From a virus (taxonomy: Duplodnaviria > Caudoviricetes): a stretch of DNA of 64,000 bases. Position numbers and translations under genes: made by a program. This document shows, one piece after another, positions 1 to 9,947 of this stretch (positions within the stretch are counted from its first letter, which is position 1; each line of letters begins with the position of its first letter). The DNA lies in the IMG/VR virus record IMGVR_UViG_3300014697_000001, positions 96,001-160,000 of that record; one strand, written 5' to 3'. The notes beneath the pieces were generated by a model. It saw only the letters and a program-made list of their open reading frames with translations. It had not been told where the DNA came from and made no database searches.

Positions 1-10
1 CTATCCAAGC

Positions 11-352
11 ATGGGCAGCATTCCCTACAGCCACTTGGTGCTGGCAGTCTCGTTAGGGATGTGGCCTGAGAACCGCAGTACCGACGATATCGTTCAGGCT
101 ATCACCGAATCGGTCAAAGCCAAGATCGGTGTCGACCCGGTGTTCTACGTGACGCGTGCACCGGTCAGTGACCATGTCAGCGAGCAGCAACACACCCAGT
201 TGACAGCGGCGCGGCGTGCGGCTGTGACCCACACAGAAACCGACACCGCCATCATCATTCGCCTGAGCGATACTGTCCAACGGATGCAAGCCACCATTGA
301 TGAACAGACACTTCTGATCGAGGCCCTGGTCGCTGCACAGAACGCCCCATGA
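11..352 (+). CDS. hypothetical phage protein (may extend upstream of window)
   Basis: 113-aa ORF ending just before a hairpin at 360-392; coiled-coil-like C-terminus. Confidence 0.6.
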   Translation: MGSIPYSHLVLAVSLGMWPENRSTDDIVQAITESVKAKIGVDPVFYVTRAPVSDHVSEQQHTQLTAARRAAVTHTETDTAIIIRLSDTVQRMQATIDEQTLLIEALVAAQNAP

Positions 353-359
353 CAAACGG

Positions 360-392
360 CATAGAGAGCAGCCCTCGGGCTGCTCTCTTATG
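360..392. terminator. bidirectional hairpin, CATA...TATG type
   Basis: AGAGAGCAGCCC-TC-GGGCTGCTCTCT between convergent genes. Confidence 0.75.
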
Positions 393-399
393 TTGGCTC

Positions 400-1959
400 T
401 TATGCTGCGATGTTTTCAATGTCGTCCCACGTAGCTCCGCCGCCTTCGGAGTTAGGACGTCCACCCACGACTTTGTAACTGAGGTCTTCATCCAGATCCA
501 GGTCGTACGGGATGCCGTACATGTGGTTATCCAGATACCGCATGACGAAGTACTTGTGCGCCTCTGGAGTCGGCTCCACCACACCGCGGTGTTTACCCCA
601 GATGTATTCCAAGTACGTGCCGTTGTTGACCACTTGTTTGTTGACGTAGAACTCCCAATCCACCTCGGTATCGAGCTTCTTACAACCCTGGTAGTAACCG
701 CCGCCCGGCATGTCGCGAATGAACTTGGTGGGGTTCATGCGCTTCTCTTCCTTGGCTTGGGTCGAGAGCTGGTGTGCTGTGACCTGAAGGATCTTTTCAG
801 CGGATGTGTACTCACGCACGCGCTTGAACAGGTCTTGCAGGTCGTCACCAGTCGAGCCTTGTGCACAGCCGTCTTTGCTGTACATTGCCAGGTAGTCGAC
901 GAAAGATACTGCTACCTCATACCCTTTAGCCTTGTACTGCTCCAGGTGCTTGATGTACTTGGCATAGGAGAATGATGAACCCCGGATACGGTGAAGCTCC
1001 ACGTTCCAGCCACGGGCTTGCAGTTTCTCGATGACGTACTCGGCAGCAGCCTGCGGGTCCATACCTTTGACAGAGACTGCGTGACCGACTTCCCGCTGTC
1101 GCAGGATCACGTAGATCTTCTGGATGATCACTGGGATGTCATCTTCGGTACTGTAGAACAGAGCCAAAGGTTTCTTCTCAGGATCGAACAGGAAAGGATC
1201 GTTGAAAATGCAGGTGCCGATAAACAGGTCAAGCATAGTGCCTGACTTGTTGTTACCGGGCAGGGCATTGATCAGACCGAACTCACCGCGCCGACCACCT
1301 GCCTGAACGCCCATGAGACGGTTCAGGGCCTTGATTGGCCAGCGGATGATACCTTCGGTGCCCAAGGACTTATTCATGTCCTCGAACGCCGCGGTGACCG
1401 AACTCTTGTCCTGGAAGTTGACGCTGGTAATGAAGGCAGGGTCGACCCGGTCTTCAGTCTCCATGTCCACCGACAAGAGGTCTTGGGCGGTGTTGAGAAT
1501 AAAGCTGTCCCAGTCTTCGACTTCGGCTTCCTTGAAGCTCAGAGTGTAGGACGCCTTCTTGATGATTTCGTGCAGCTTCTCGCGGTTTTTGTAGCGGCGC
1601 AGTTCCTGCGAAATGTCATTGATATGTTTGCGGACGACGGACTCATCCGGGTACTTTCGGATAGACTTTTCAAGGGCTTTATAGGTGACATCGTCATGCT
1701 GGGTGTTCATCCGAAGTCGCTGAAGAAGCGAATCCGGTTCATATCTTTGTGAATCACCGTTATTAAGCATCCACAGGACTGTGGTGCGGAGATTGGCAAG
1801 GACGTTCCGCCCTTCGCCGATTTCGCTGATGTCATCTGGAAGCTGGAGGTTGGTCAATAGATCGCGAATTAACGAGACGTTACCGGATTTATACCCCTCT
1901 ACCTGGCTTTCAAGGTACAGAAGCGAAACGGATTTAACAAGGAATAGCTTAATGTCCAT
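400..1959 (-). CDS. dnaB: DnaB-like (SF4) replicative helicase (phiKZ gp118-like)
   Basis: Walker A-like ALPGNNKSGT, Walker B FVDYL, AHQL motif; located beside the capsid gene as in phiKZ-like phages. Confidence 0.85.
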   Translation of the reverse strand: MDIKLFLVKSVSLLYLESQVEGYKSGNVSLIRDLLTNLQLPDDISEIGEGRNVLANLRTTVLWMLNNGDSQRYEPDSLLQRLRMNTQHDDVTYKALEKSIRKYPDESVVRKHINDISQELRRYKNREKLHEIIKKASYTLSFKEAEVEDWDSFILNTAQDLLSVDMETEDRVDPAFITSVNFQDKSSVTAAFEDMNKSLGTEGIIRWPIKALNRLMGVQAGGRRGEFGLINALPGNNKSGTMLDLFIGTCIFNDPFLFDPEKKPLALFYSTEDDIPVIIQKIYVILRQREVGHAVSVKGMDPQAAAEYVIEKLQARGWNVELHRIRGSSFSYAKYIKHLEQYKAKGYEVAVSFVDYLAMYSKDGCAQGSTGDDLQDLFKRVREYTSAEKILQVTAHQLSTQAKEEKRMNPTKFIRDMPGGGYYQGCKKLDTEVDWEFYVNKQVVNNGTYLEYIWGKHRGVVEPTPEAHKYFVMRYLDNHMYGIPYDLDLDEDLSYKVVGGRPNSEGGGATWDDIENIAA

Positions 1960-2000
1960 GGATAAGCCTTAACCACCGCTCTAAAGAGGATGAATGTCTA

Positions 2001-2510
2001 ATGAGCAAAATCAAACTGGTCGTAGTCCCTGTCTGGCTCAACCTCATCATGAAGGAGCTGGGACTGTCGAATGCCGATCTCACTGATTGGGAAAAGTTGT
2101 CTGGCATAGTATCAAGCAGAGATCTTTTGATTTACCGCTTGGTGCAATCCCATCGTGAAGAAATCCTGAACATCCTGTTGGGTGAGGGTAAATGCACCTT
2201 CGATTTCGACGGTGTAGGTGAAAGCCTGAACCTCGAAGAACGTGCATTTTGCGCCAACGTGCCGTTCGAGACTACTGTCTTCGGTGCGACTACCAACAGG
2301 CAGGGTGAGCTACATGCCCATGTAGAAATGATCGACCAGAACACTCTGGGACTCTTTCTATGTACACAGGCATCGGATAAGCCTGAGCAGGATTTGAAAA
2401 CTACCCGTGCTGATCTTTCGCTTAAAATCAGTGCCGTACTCCATGGCATGGTAGGCGTACACGAGATGGCTAAAACTATCACGTTTCAGCACACCGTGAA
2501 CCAACTGTAA
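2001..2510 (+). CDS. conserved hypothetical / putative virion protein
   Basis: 169-aa ORF with GAGGA upstream, between helicase and capsid genes. Confidence 0.65.
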   Translation: MSKIKLVVVPVWLNLIMKELGLSNADLTDWEKLSGIVSSRDLLIYRLVQSHREEILNILLGEGKCTFDFDGVGESLNLEERAFCANVPFETTVFGATTNRQGELHAHVEMIDQNTLGLFLCTQASDKPEQDLKTTRADLSLKISAVLHGMVGVHEMAKTITFQHTVNQL

Positions 2511-2656
2511 CTAAAAGCCGGTATTTTATTGAGGACTATTGCGGACATCTTTCTGCAATGGTATGCAAAACTTGCGTAAGTATCGGGGGACGGAGATGAA
2601 AACCCGGTATGCTCGCAGTCACGCAGCGCGCGCTGCAATCTTCGCGGAGAAACAAA

Positions 2657-4894
2657 ATGAGTGTAGTAGGTAAGAAGGCGCCGACCGCCCAGGAAACCCT
2701 GGCCAGTCAGGCTCAAGATCTGCAATCCCGTTTCAGCCAGGGTGCCATCGTTGGTAACATCGGTGTAGCATCCATGGAATCGCTGTCCTCGCTGGACCGT
2801 GAAAACCTGGAACTGTCCATGGAATCCGTAGTCAGCGACCTGTCGGTCTCCCTGGAATCCTTCGGCGGCGAAACCCTGACCAAGGCTCAGAAAGACGCTG
2901 TTGCCGTTATCGCCATGGCTTCGGCCTCCCCGGCTGAATACGCCCGTACCGCTCTCAGCGCTTCGGACGCTTCCGCTCCTCGTGGCGCTGGCACCGTCGT
3001 TTCCGTCGAGTCCCTCGGCGACTTCGACTTCATGGAAAAAGCTGTCGCTTCCCTGGAAGCCTTCGACAACAGCAACCTGACCGACTTCATCGGTCTGTCC
3101 ATGGTCTACAACCAGAAAGCGGCCAAGCAGGGCGAATTCGCTGAAGGCTTCTACCGTACCGTGGTTCTGACCCCGGAACAGGGCGGCGCTGACGTTACCA
3201 TCCGTTCGCACCTCGTGCTGAACCACTTCCTGCACAACACCCGTGGCGACCACGCCGACTTCAAACAGCGCCGTCTGCTCGAAGCTGCTCTGAACTACAA
3301 GATCCTGGCCGACCAGTCGACCACTCTGGTACCGGAAATCCATGACGGTAACAAGGATCTGTTCGTCGCCGAAAACGTCGTCGCTCCGCGCAGCGTTGAA
3401 CTGGGCAACCGTAAGGTCACCACCAGCGCTCTGAAAGTCGGCACTCGCGTCAACCTGGTCGGCCTGGCCCAGAACACTCTGGTCAAGATCGCCGGTCAAG
3501 CCAACCAGACCGATTCTCTGGACCGCAACGTCGGTCTGAAGACTCTGTACATCCGTAAGGGTGACAGCGACGTTCTGGGCTTCGATGTCGAGAACCTGCC
3601 GCGTGCTGCGTTCATCAAGGGCAACCAGGGTCTGGCCCGTGAACTGGAACTGAACTTCCGTACCAGCTCCATCCAGATCAACGCCAAGTCCCTGAACTAC
3701 AAGGGCGAGCCGGTAACCAACCCGATCCTGAAGCAGATCGTCGAAGGTGGTTACACCGTGACTCTGGCTCTGGTCGTGACTGGTAACGTGGACGTCGAGA
3801 AGGGCAACGCTGTTGTCAACCCGGCTACCATCGCTGTTGACCGTGTGGTTAACGCCGCTGGTGAAGTCCTGTCCCTGACCAACGCTGGCGTAGGCAAGAC
3901 CATCGCTGATGGCCTGGCTGACCTCGTTGTGATCGGCTGGGAACCGGCTGCTCGCCTGTCCAACGCCAACCGTCGTCTGCGCGGCCTGCAGCTGAACAGC
4001 TCCGAGTACACCGAGCGTTATCCGGTGATGCTGGGTAGCCCGCTGTCGATTCCGTCCCCGCTGGCTGAAGCCCGTGGCATGGCTGACATCGATCTGCTGG
4101 TGACCGCTGCGCGTCTGCGTAACGACAACATGGCTGTGACCACTCTGCAGCGCTTCGTTGACGGCCTGAGCCGTTGGAAGTTCCTGAGCGGTAGCATCGA
4201 CGCTGACGACCTCCTGCCGGAAGTCGAAGGTATCGCACGCTTCCTGGTCCGTCCGTGGTTCCGTGAGCGCAACCTCGACCTGCGTGAGCTGGTAATCAGC
4301 CGCCGCAGCTACGAGCGCGTACAGGACGTCCAGGCTGCTCTGGGCAACGTCCTGCGTAGCGACATTCAGGATGCTATCCTGGAGTCCAACTACAAGACCG
4401 CTCTGGACGCCTACACCGGCTACGTTGGTGAGAAGGTGCACGTGATCATCGGTTCCGATCCGAAGACTGCTTCGTACATCCTGAAGGACGGCGATGCCCG
4501 TACCCTGGGTGACGACATCAGCTTCGAGAAAGTGACCTCGGTCGACGAGCGCATTCGCCGCACCATCTACTGGACCTTCAAGCGTGAAACCGAAGGTCTC
4601 GATCCGCTGAACTGCGGTACTCACTTCTGGATTCCGGAACTGATCAGCCACGTTAACGTGAGCCGTGATGAAACCCAGATCCGTGAAGCGATGGTTCAGC
4701 CACGTAACCGTCACGTCAACCACCTCCCGATCTTCGGCAAGATCAACGTGATCGGCCTGGACGAAGTACTGTCGGAGGGCTGGGCGTATCCCGTCCAGAA
4801 CTTTCCCGGTAGCGCCGACGCCACCGACCCCGTCGAAGGTAGCACTGGCAGCACTGGTACCGGTTCTGATACCGGCGCTGGCACTGCAGGTTAA
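2657..4894 (+). CDS. major capsid protein precursor (phiKZ gp120-like)
   Basis: 745 aa from ATG 2657 (GGAGA RBS); strong codon bias; propeptide with repeated S-x-E sites (ASMES, LSMES, VSLES, VSVES, ASLEA); strong downstream terminator. Confidence 0.9.
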   Translation: MSVVGKKAPTAQETLASQAQDLQSRFSQGAIVGNIGVASMESLSSLDRENLELSMESVVSDLSVSLESFGGETLTKAQKDAVAVIAMASASPAEYARTALSASDASAPRGAGTVVSVESLGDFDFMEKAVASLEAFDNSNLTDFIGLSMVYNQKAAKQGEFAEGFYRTVVLTPEQGGADVTIRSHLVLNHFLHNTRGDHADFKQRRLLEAALNYKILADQSTTLVPEIHDGNKDLFVAENVVAPRSVELGNRKVTTSALKVGTRVNLVGLAQNTLVKIAGQANQTDSLDRNVGLKTLYIRKGDSDVLGFDVENLPRAAFIKGNQGLARELELNFRTSSIQINAKSLNYKGEPVTNPILKQIVEGGYTVTLALVVTGNVDVEKGNAVVNPATIAVDRVVNAAGEVLSLTNAGVGKTIADGLADLVVIGWEPAARLSNANRRLRGLQLNSSEYTERYPVMLGSPLSIPSPLAEARGMADIDLLVTAARLRNDNMAVTTLQRFVDGLSRWKFLSGSIDADDLLPEVEGIARFLVRPWFRERNLDLRELVISRRSYERVQDVQAALGNVLRSDIQDAILESNYKTALDAYTGYVGEKVHVIIGSDPKTASYILKDGDARTLGDDISFEKVTSVDERIRRTIYWTFKRETEGLDPLNCGTHFWIPELISHVNVSRDETQIREAMVQPRNRHVNHLPIFGKINVIGLDEVLSEGWAYPVQNFPGSADATDPVEGSTGSTGTGSDTGAGTAG

Positions 4895-4931
4895 TCCGTA
4901 AGGGTTGACTGGGTGTCCTAGTGACGCAAAT

Positions 4932-4957
4932 AAAAAGCGGGCTTCGGCCCGCTTTTT
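4932..4957 (+). terminator. intrinsic terminator after capsid gene
   Basis: AAAAAGCGGGC-TTCG-GCCCGCTTTTT followed by ATG. Confidence 0.9.
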
Positions 4958-4994
4958 ATGCCGCATGTCCAGAATCCATTGAAGCGAAATAGAG

Positions 4995-5006
4995 CGATAC
5001 ATTATC
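4995..5006 (+). promoter_or_regulatory. candidate phage promoter motif CGATACATTATC
   Basis: identical 12-mer at 58256-58267; both are intergenic and upstream of + strand genes. Confidence 0.5.
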
Positions 5007-5125
5007 GATGTGATCAAGGAAATAAGTGATTGCCATTAGTCTGATGGCACGCAGTCAGTCATCAGTATCAAAAGAAATAAAATCACACAATTCCGTAGTA
5101 ATTTTTTAAATAATGGTGTTCATCT

Positions 5126-6256
5126 ATGGACGACGTCACTCGCATCGATAATCGCTTCAACAGGTACCCACATAGCGCTCATAATCCCGCTCACCTCGAA
5201 CGTGAAGATCTCCCTTATCAGCAGCGAAACGCTACGCGGATAAGAAGAGCCAGTGCGGACCATGAGCGAGGAGTGAGGGGTGCTCCGTATGTCACCACCA
5301 ACTATTACAACTACATGGAACGTGACGTTGTTGTGACCAGTCGAGACGGTACCGCTATTGTGGTTCCGCCGATCGGCAATGGCAGTGGCGATGAATTCAT
5401 CGTCTGTGTCACGCACACCATGAACAAGGCATCCATGGAACGGGCTCTTGATACGTTACGGACCCGTCCTAACCTGGATGACCGTGAGACCCAGTATTGG
5501 ATCAGGGCCTACGACGGTGCACTGCATGCAAACACTCAGCAGTTCGTGAGTGCCAGTGTGGAGTATGTCATCTATTGGCGCGACATGACAGACGCCTCCG
5601 GGCGTTGCTATATGCCGGATGTCGATCTGCTGGTAGAGTGGGTCGCAGACCGTGGAGCTCGCCATCCGTTTGACAAGATCAAGCGCGATGAACGGACCTT
5701 GCAGGACATAGCGCCTGGCATGGGTGAAGCGACTTTTGGTTTCATGCTTAAAGCTGTGGACAATGCCCATCAGGTGCAGCGCGGGACGCGCTACATCAAC
5801 GTGGGTGGTGATATTTTCATGATTCCGGTGGAGCGGGACCTGTCCTACCCAACTGGGATTCATGTGGTCTGCCGTAAGCCGGTGGATGAAGGACGAGTGG
5901 TCAGTGAAGTGATCAACCGCTCGTACACCTTCGAAGAGGCGGATAAGAAGTTCGGACTACACCGGACCGTGGAAGACGCTATCAACGGTGGACCGATCAC
6001 CGAGATGGCGAAGGGGATGATCGAGCGCGACATGACGATTCGGAAACTGGAGGAATCCAAGATCCGGACCGAACAGCTCGAGGCAGAGAAGACACTTCAG
6101 AACTTGCGTAATGAAGGGGCTTACAGCAAGGCTCAGCAAGACAGGGAAGCCGCGATGCGGCGTAATTATGTCGAATGGGCTAAGACGATCGTTGCGATCG
6201 TAGGGGCAGCCATTACTCTTTACGGGGTATTGTCTAAAATATCAGCCAAATCCTGA
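5126..6256 (+). CDS. conserved hypothetical protein with C-terminal coiled coil and TM helix
   Basis: 376 aa; C-terminal TIVAIVGAAITLYGVL. Confidence 0.7.
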   Translation: MDDVTRIDNRFNRYPHSAHNPAHLEREDLPYQQRNATRIRRASADHERGVRGAPYVTTNYYNYMERDVVVTSRDGTAIVVPPIGNGSGDEFIVCVTHTMNKASMERALDTLRTRPNLDDRETQYWIRAYDGALHANTQQFVSASVEYVIYWRDMTDASGRCYMPDVDLLVEWVADRGARHPFDKIKRDERTLQDIAPGMGEATFGFMLKAVDNAHQVQRGTRYINVGGDIFMIPVERDLSYPTGIHVVCRKPVDEGRVVSEVINRSYTFEEADKKFGLHRTVEDAINGGPITEMAKGMIERDMTIRKLEESKIRTEQLEAEKTLQNLRNEGAYSKAQQDREAAMRRNYVEWAKTIVAIVGAAITLYGVLSKISAKS

Positions 6257-6274
6257 CAGAACAAGGGGTAGCCA

Positions 6275-7909
6275 ATGGACTCCGCATTATTCGAATACTC
6301 TCACCGCAAACGTGCGCCAGTGTTCAATGAGGATGTGGTCAAAGGGATTGCCTGTAAGGACGTCCCGCACGCCAAGGCCTACATTGATAGCCGCATCCGT
6401 TGTGGTGAGTCCCAGTATCCGGATGGGTTCGAATTTATCGGGAGTGAGCGCTGTTCGCCGTTGGAAACGTATAACGTCATTACTCGGGCGCGCTCGGGCA
6501 ATAACCGGATCTACGACATCGCGCACACCTCGGTGTATTTGGTGAAGTATCGGTTCAGGAATCAGGGCAAAGAACTTGCCCCGATGTACATGTACCTGCC
6601 GTATGTGGAACAGGCAGGCATGCTTTACATTTCAGGTAAGCCGTTTGCGGTGGCACCCGTCATGGGCGACATTGCTTTCGAGATCGAAGAGAACAGTGTG
6701 TTCATCCGCATCCCGCGTGCACCGATGTCGTTTAACCGCGAAAGCTACACCGTGGTGATCGATGGTCTGCGGGTCAAGGAGCAGGTGGTGTACTCCCAGC
6801 TACACAACAAGAAGGCACGCAACCGCAGCGATCTGATTCGCCTGGGGTATGTCTTCAGTTCCCTTCCGCATTACCTGTTCTGTAAGTATGGGCTGTACGA
6901 GGCGTTTGAAAAGTACACCGGCACCAGACCGGTGGTCATGCGCCAGCAAGATTACGACCCGGAAGCCTATCCTGAAGAATATTGGGTCAAGGTCAGCTCG
7001 ATGCGTAAAGCCCCACGGGGCGTGAACCCACGTCGTAACTACGAAGCCATTGCCACCGACTTTATCATGTTGATAGACCGCGGATCATGGAGTGAGCTGG
7101 CCAGTTCGATGGCAGCAGGGTTCTTCTACGTGATTGACCATTTCCCAGAGTACGTGGAAGACGTCAAGGATCTGAATGATACTTGGTGGTGGCGTGTATT
7201 CCTCGCGTTCATTCTCTGGGGTGAAAGCAACAACTACGGCAAGCTGGTCAGTGAAATTGACATTCACCTGAAGTCGCTCGATGGTTATGTGGACCAAGAA
7301 ACCATCAAGACACTGAAGGAAGTGAACATCGACTGCAACGATCTGTACGACCTGATGGCCCACATCATGAAAGAGATGCAGAACATGTTGAACAGCAAGC
7401 GAGGCCAGGAGGCCTGCCTGTACAACAAGCGTCTCGAAGTGCTGCGCTATCTGCTGCGTAACATCAACAACAATGTGTTCGAGTTCCTGTTCAAGATCAC
7501 CGGCAATTCCAAGAAGACCCTCACCAACAAGGAGTACGAGGATATTCTTCGCAAGTATTTCAACCCATGGTTGATCCATGGCATCAGCTCCGCTGCCGAA
7601 CATCCCGAAGTCTCCTCGGTGTCCAACCCGAGTGACAACATGTTCTTTAAGATCACGAGTGTGATTGTTCAGCAGACCGATACCCACGGCCGGGGTAAAA
7701 GCCAAGATGCCAAGCCGATTGGCCCCACCATGTACTTGGACTCCTCCTTCGCCGCTGTCACAGGGTTCGGCGTACTGCCGAAGTCAACTCCCATCGGAAA
7801 CAACCGGTTCAATCCGTGTATCCGTCTGGGACCTCGACATACGACCGAAGAGGTACCTGAGTTCAAACCTATCTTGGATCATACGCAAGCACTGATCCGA
7901 CGCACCTAA
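6275..7909 (+). CDS. non-virion RNA polymerase beta-like subunit (phiKZ gp123-like)
   Basis: 544 aa; YLPY...G.LYISG and LYNKRLEV segments resemble beta N-terminal regions; size and position match gp123. Confidence 0.75.
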   Translation: MDSALFEYSHRKRAPVFNEDVVKGIACKDVPHAKAYIDSRIRCGESQYPDGFEFIGSERCSPLETYNVITRARSGNNRIYDIAHTSVYLVKYRFRNQGKELAPMYMYLPYVEQAGMLYISGKPFAVAPVMGDIAFEIEENSVFIRIPRAPMSFNRESYTVVIDGLRVKEQVVYSQLHNKKARNRSDLIRLGYVFSSLPHYLFCKYGLYEAFEKYTGTRPVVMRQQDYDPEAYPEEYWVKVSSMRKAPRGVNPRRNYEAIATDFIMLIDRGSWSELASSMAAGFFYVIDHFPEYVEDVKDLNDTWWWRVFLAFILWGESNNYGKLVSEIDIHLKSLDGYVDQETIKTLKEVNIDCNDLYDLMAHIMKEMQNMLNSKRGQEACLYNKRLEVLRYLLRNINNNVFEFLFKITGNSKKTLTNKEYEDILRKYFNPWLIHGISSAAEHPEVSSVSNPSDNMFFKITSVIVQQTDTHGRGKSQDAKPIGPTMYLDSSFAAVTGFGVLPKSTPIGNNRFNPCIRLGPRHTTEEVPEFKPILDHTQALIRRT

Positions 7910-7932
7910 GTTTACCAGATCTGGAGTACACC

Positions 7933-9849
7933 ATGAGCGACTTGATCAACTACGTCTACGACCGCGCCATCGATTACATCGAGAACCGGGCCAGTTCCAA
8001 CAGCCTTCGTCGCGAGTATGCGCGCTACATGTCGGCTCAGAATTACAACAACAGCGAGATGAATCAGCTGGTGGATGTGATTGCCATCGTGGCAGACAAC
8101 GACCTGCGCACCTCGCGTAGCTCGAACGAAGAAGCTATCGTCCGTGACGTGATCGTCGACATCGTCGACAGTCATGTGGGCGCCTTCGGTATGAGTGATC
8201 CGGATTTTGTTGACTCCGCCCCGGATGACATCTACACCGACATGCGTCGTCACGAGGAGAAGTGGAACACCCTACTGGCACGTATCCAGGGCCGCAGTGC
8301 CGGCACCGGTCGTTCCTCGGGTGGCTTTGGTGGTGACCGCCGTAGCGTCTTTGAGCGTGGCGATAACCGTGCCGTGGGCTCGCGTGCAGGTTCGGTGTTT
8401 AGCCGCAACGAACCTCAGCGTGATGTCCGGGGTAGCAACAGCATCTTTTCTCGTCGCCCAACGGTCCCGCAGGCTGAAGAACCGCGTGCTAGCCTGTTTA
8501 ACCGTGACGAGCAACAACCGCGCCGCGCCGGGTTCGGTCAAGCGGCAGCGGGTATTAGTCAAGGGCGCGTCGATGTGGCGCGGACTGACATCCCGACAAC
8601 CGTGCGTCAAGAACCGGTTGCTGAAACTCAGAAGCCTGACGGTCCTGATTTCAATGTAGATCGTCCGTACGATGACTTCTGGGTCAATGGCGAGAACTGG
8701 CAGCTGGCCCACCGTTCCAAGTTCGCCTGGACTTGGTCACCCAAACAACACACCCGCCGTACCTACGATCCCGACCAGGAAGTCTGCTTCCTTGTTAAGG
8801 GCAAGGACGGCTCTGTCCGAGAGGAGTTCCTAGCCGTGACTGGAGACCTGGTCGAGTACGCCCACGAAATCCGCAACATGACCCGCCCCAACCAAGTTCG
8901 TTCTGTGTCTGACCGTGAAAGCGGTGATGACCTGTTCCCCAGCAACGACCTGGATGTGGTTGACCTCGACGCACTGAAGAATGTGGAAGAAGCTGTCCGC
9001 AAGTACGTGCTCGATGACCTGAAACTGAACAGTGTCCACAGCGTGTCTGGCACTGAGGCAGTTTCCAGCTTGGAAGAAGCTGCCCTTCAGGCGGTCGGTG
9101 CTGCGCAAAAGCAGGATGAACACATCACCGTGACATCCAAGTTTGTAGCTGTCCAACTGCCCGCTGACAAGGAGACCATCAAAGCGCTGGATTCCATCAA
9201 GGCGCTGAATGAAAGCGAAGCGGATCTGCTGGTGCTGCAAAAGCGCCTGAAGACACTGCGTGGCAACATCGCTGAAAACGTGATGAACTACCTGGACAAG
9301 CATTACACCGACGAGGTGAACCGTGCAGTCCTGGATCAGTTTGGTCTGTCGGGCCTGAAGATCACCAGCTTTGTTGAGGACTTTGAAGACCTGCTCAATT
9401 GCGGTCGGTTCAAGAAGTTCGGTGCCGGCTATGCAGCACAGTTCCTCAGCCGTACACGCAACCTGCTGCTGAGCCTGACGCCGCTGACCGATGAGGCCAT
9501 GCGTATGGAGTTCATGGAGTGCACGGACACGCTGCCGATCGCTGAAGAAGATCCGGAAGCCTACCGTCAGTTCCGTGAAAATGTCGCGGTGCTGTTCAAG
9601 CCGCTGGGCATGGTCCATGTCAAGGCAAGCTCTGAAGAATTCGGGCTGGTCTCTGAGGAAGTGCGCACCCCCAATAAGAATGGGGCCGGTGCACAACCGC
9701 AGTTGGCTGAAGTTCTGGTGCAGCTGTATGCCACCGCACGCCGTCTGGCTGGCGCAGGGCACATCTACATGATGACCGCTGACAACCTGTGCTTCGAACT
9801 GGTGGCCATCAGTGGTGCCCGTGACATCGTAGGTATCCGTCTGGCTTAA
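7933..9849 (+). CDS. conserved hypothetical protein with Arg/Gly/Ser-rich low-complexity insert
   Basis: 638 aa, GGAG RBS, repeated S(V/I/L)F.R motifs, followed by a hairpin. Confidence 0.75.
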   Translation: MSDLINYVYDRAIDYIENRASSNSLRREYARYMSAQNYNNSEMNQLVDVIAIVADNDLRTSRSSNEEAIVRDVIVDIVDSHVGAFGMSDPDFVDSAPDDIYTDMRRHEEKWNTLLARIQGRSAGTGRSSGGFGGDRRSVFERGDNRAVGSRAGSVFSRNEPQRDVRGSNSIFSRRPTVPQAEEPRASLFNRDEQQPRRAGFGQAAAGISQGRVDVARTDIPTTVRQEPVAETQKPDGPDFNVDRPYDDFWVNGENWQLAHRSKFAWTWSPKQHTRRTYDPDQEVCFLVKGKDGSVREEFLAVTGDLVEYAHEIRNMTRPNQVRSVSDRESGDDLFPSNDLDVVDLDALKNVEEAVRKYVLDDLKLNSVHSVSGTEAVSSLEEAALQAVGAAQKQDEHITVTSKFVAVQLPADKETIKALDSIKALNESEADLLVLQKRLKTLRGNIAENVMNYLDKHYTDEVNRAVLDQFGLSGLKITSFVEDFEDLLNCGRFKKFGAGYAAQFLSRTRNLLLSLTPLTDEAMRMEFMECTDTLPIAEEDPEAYRQFRENVAVLFKPLGMVHVKASSEEFGLVSEEVRTPNKNGAGAQPQLAEVLVQLYATARRLAGAGHIYMMTADNLCFELVAISGARDIVGIRLA

Positions 9850-9864
9850 GCGATACGCCACAGG

Positions 9865-9904
9865 GTGACAGGGGAGGGCTTCGGCCTTTCCCTGTCATTC
9901 TATG
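9865..9904 (+). terminator. hairpin terminator
   Basis: TGACAGGGGAGGGC-TTCG-GCCTTTCCCTGTCA followed by TTCTATG. Confidence 0.75.
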
Positions 9905-9947
9905 GTGCATTTCTTTTTTGTCAGTCTTAAGTCTACGGGACATTATC

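Noticed and set aside
2486-5017. 843-aa ORF antisense to the capsid gene
   Set aside because: Shadow ORF expected from strong codon bias on the sense strand; no recognisable motifs.
8830-9861. Long antisense ORFs (also 47599-48603, 11969-12889, 39435-40268)
   Set aside because: Fully overlap better-supported genes on the opposite strand.
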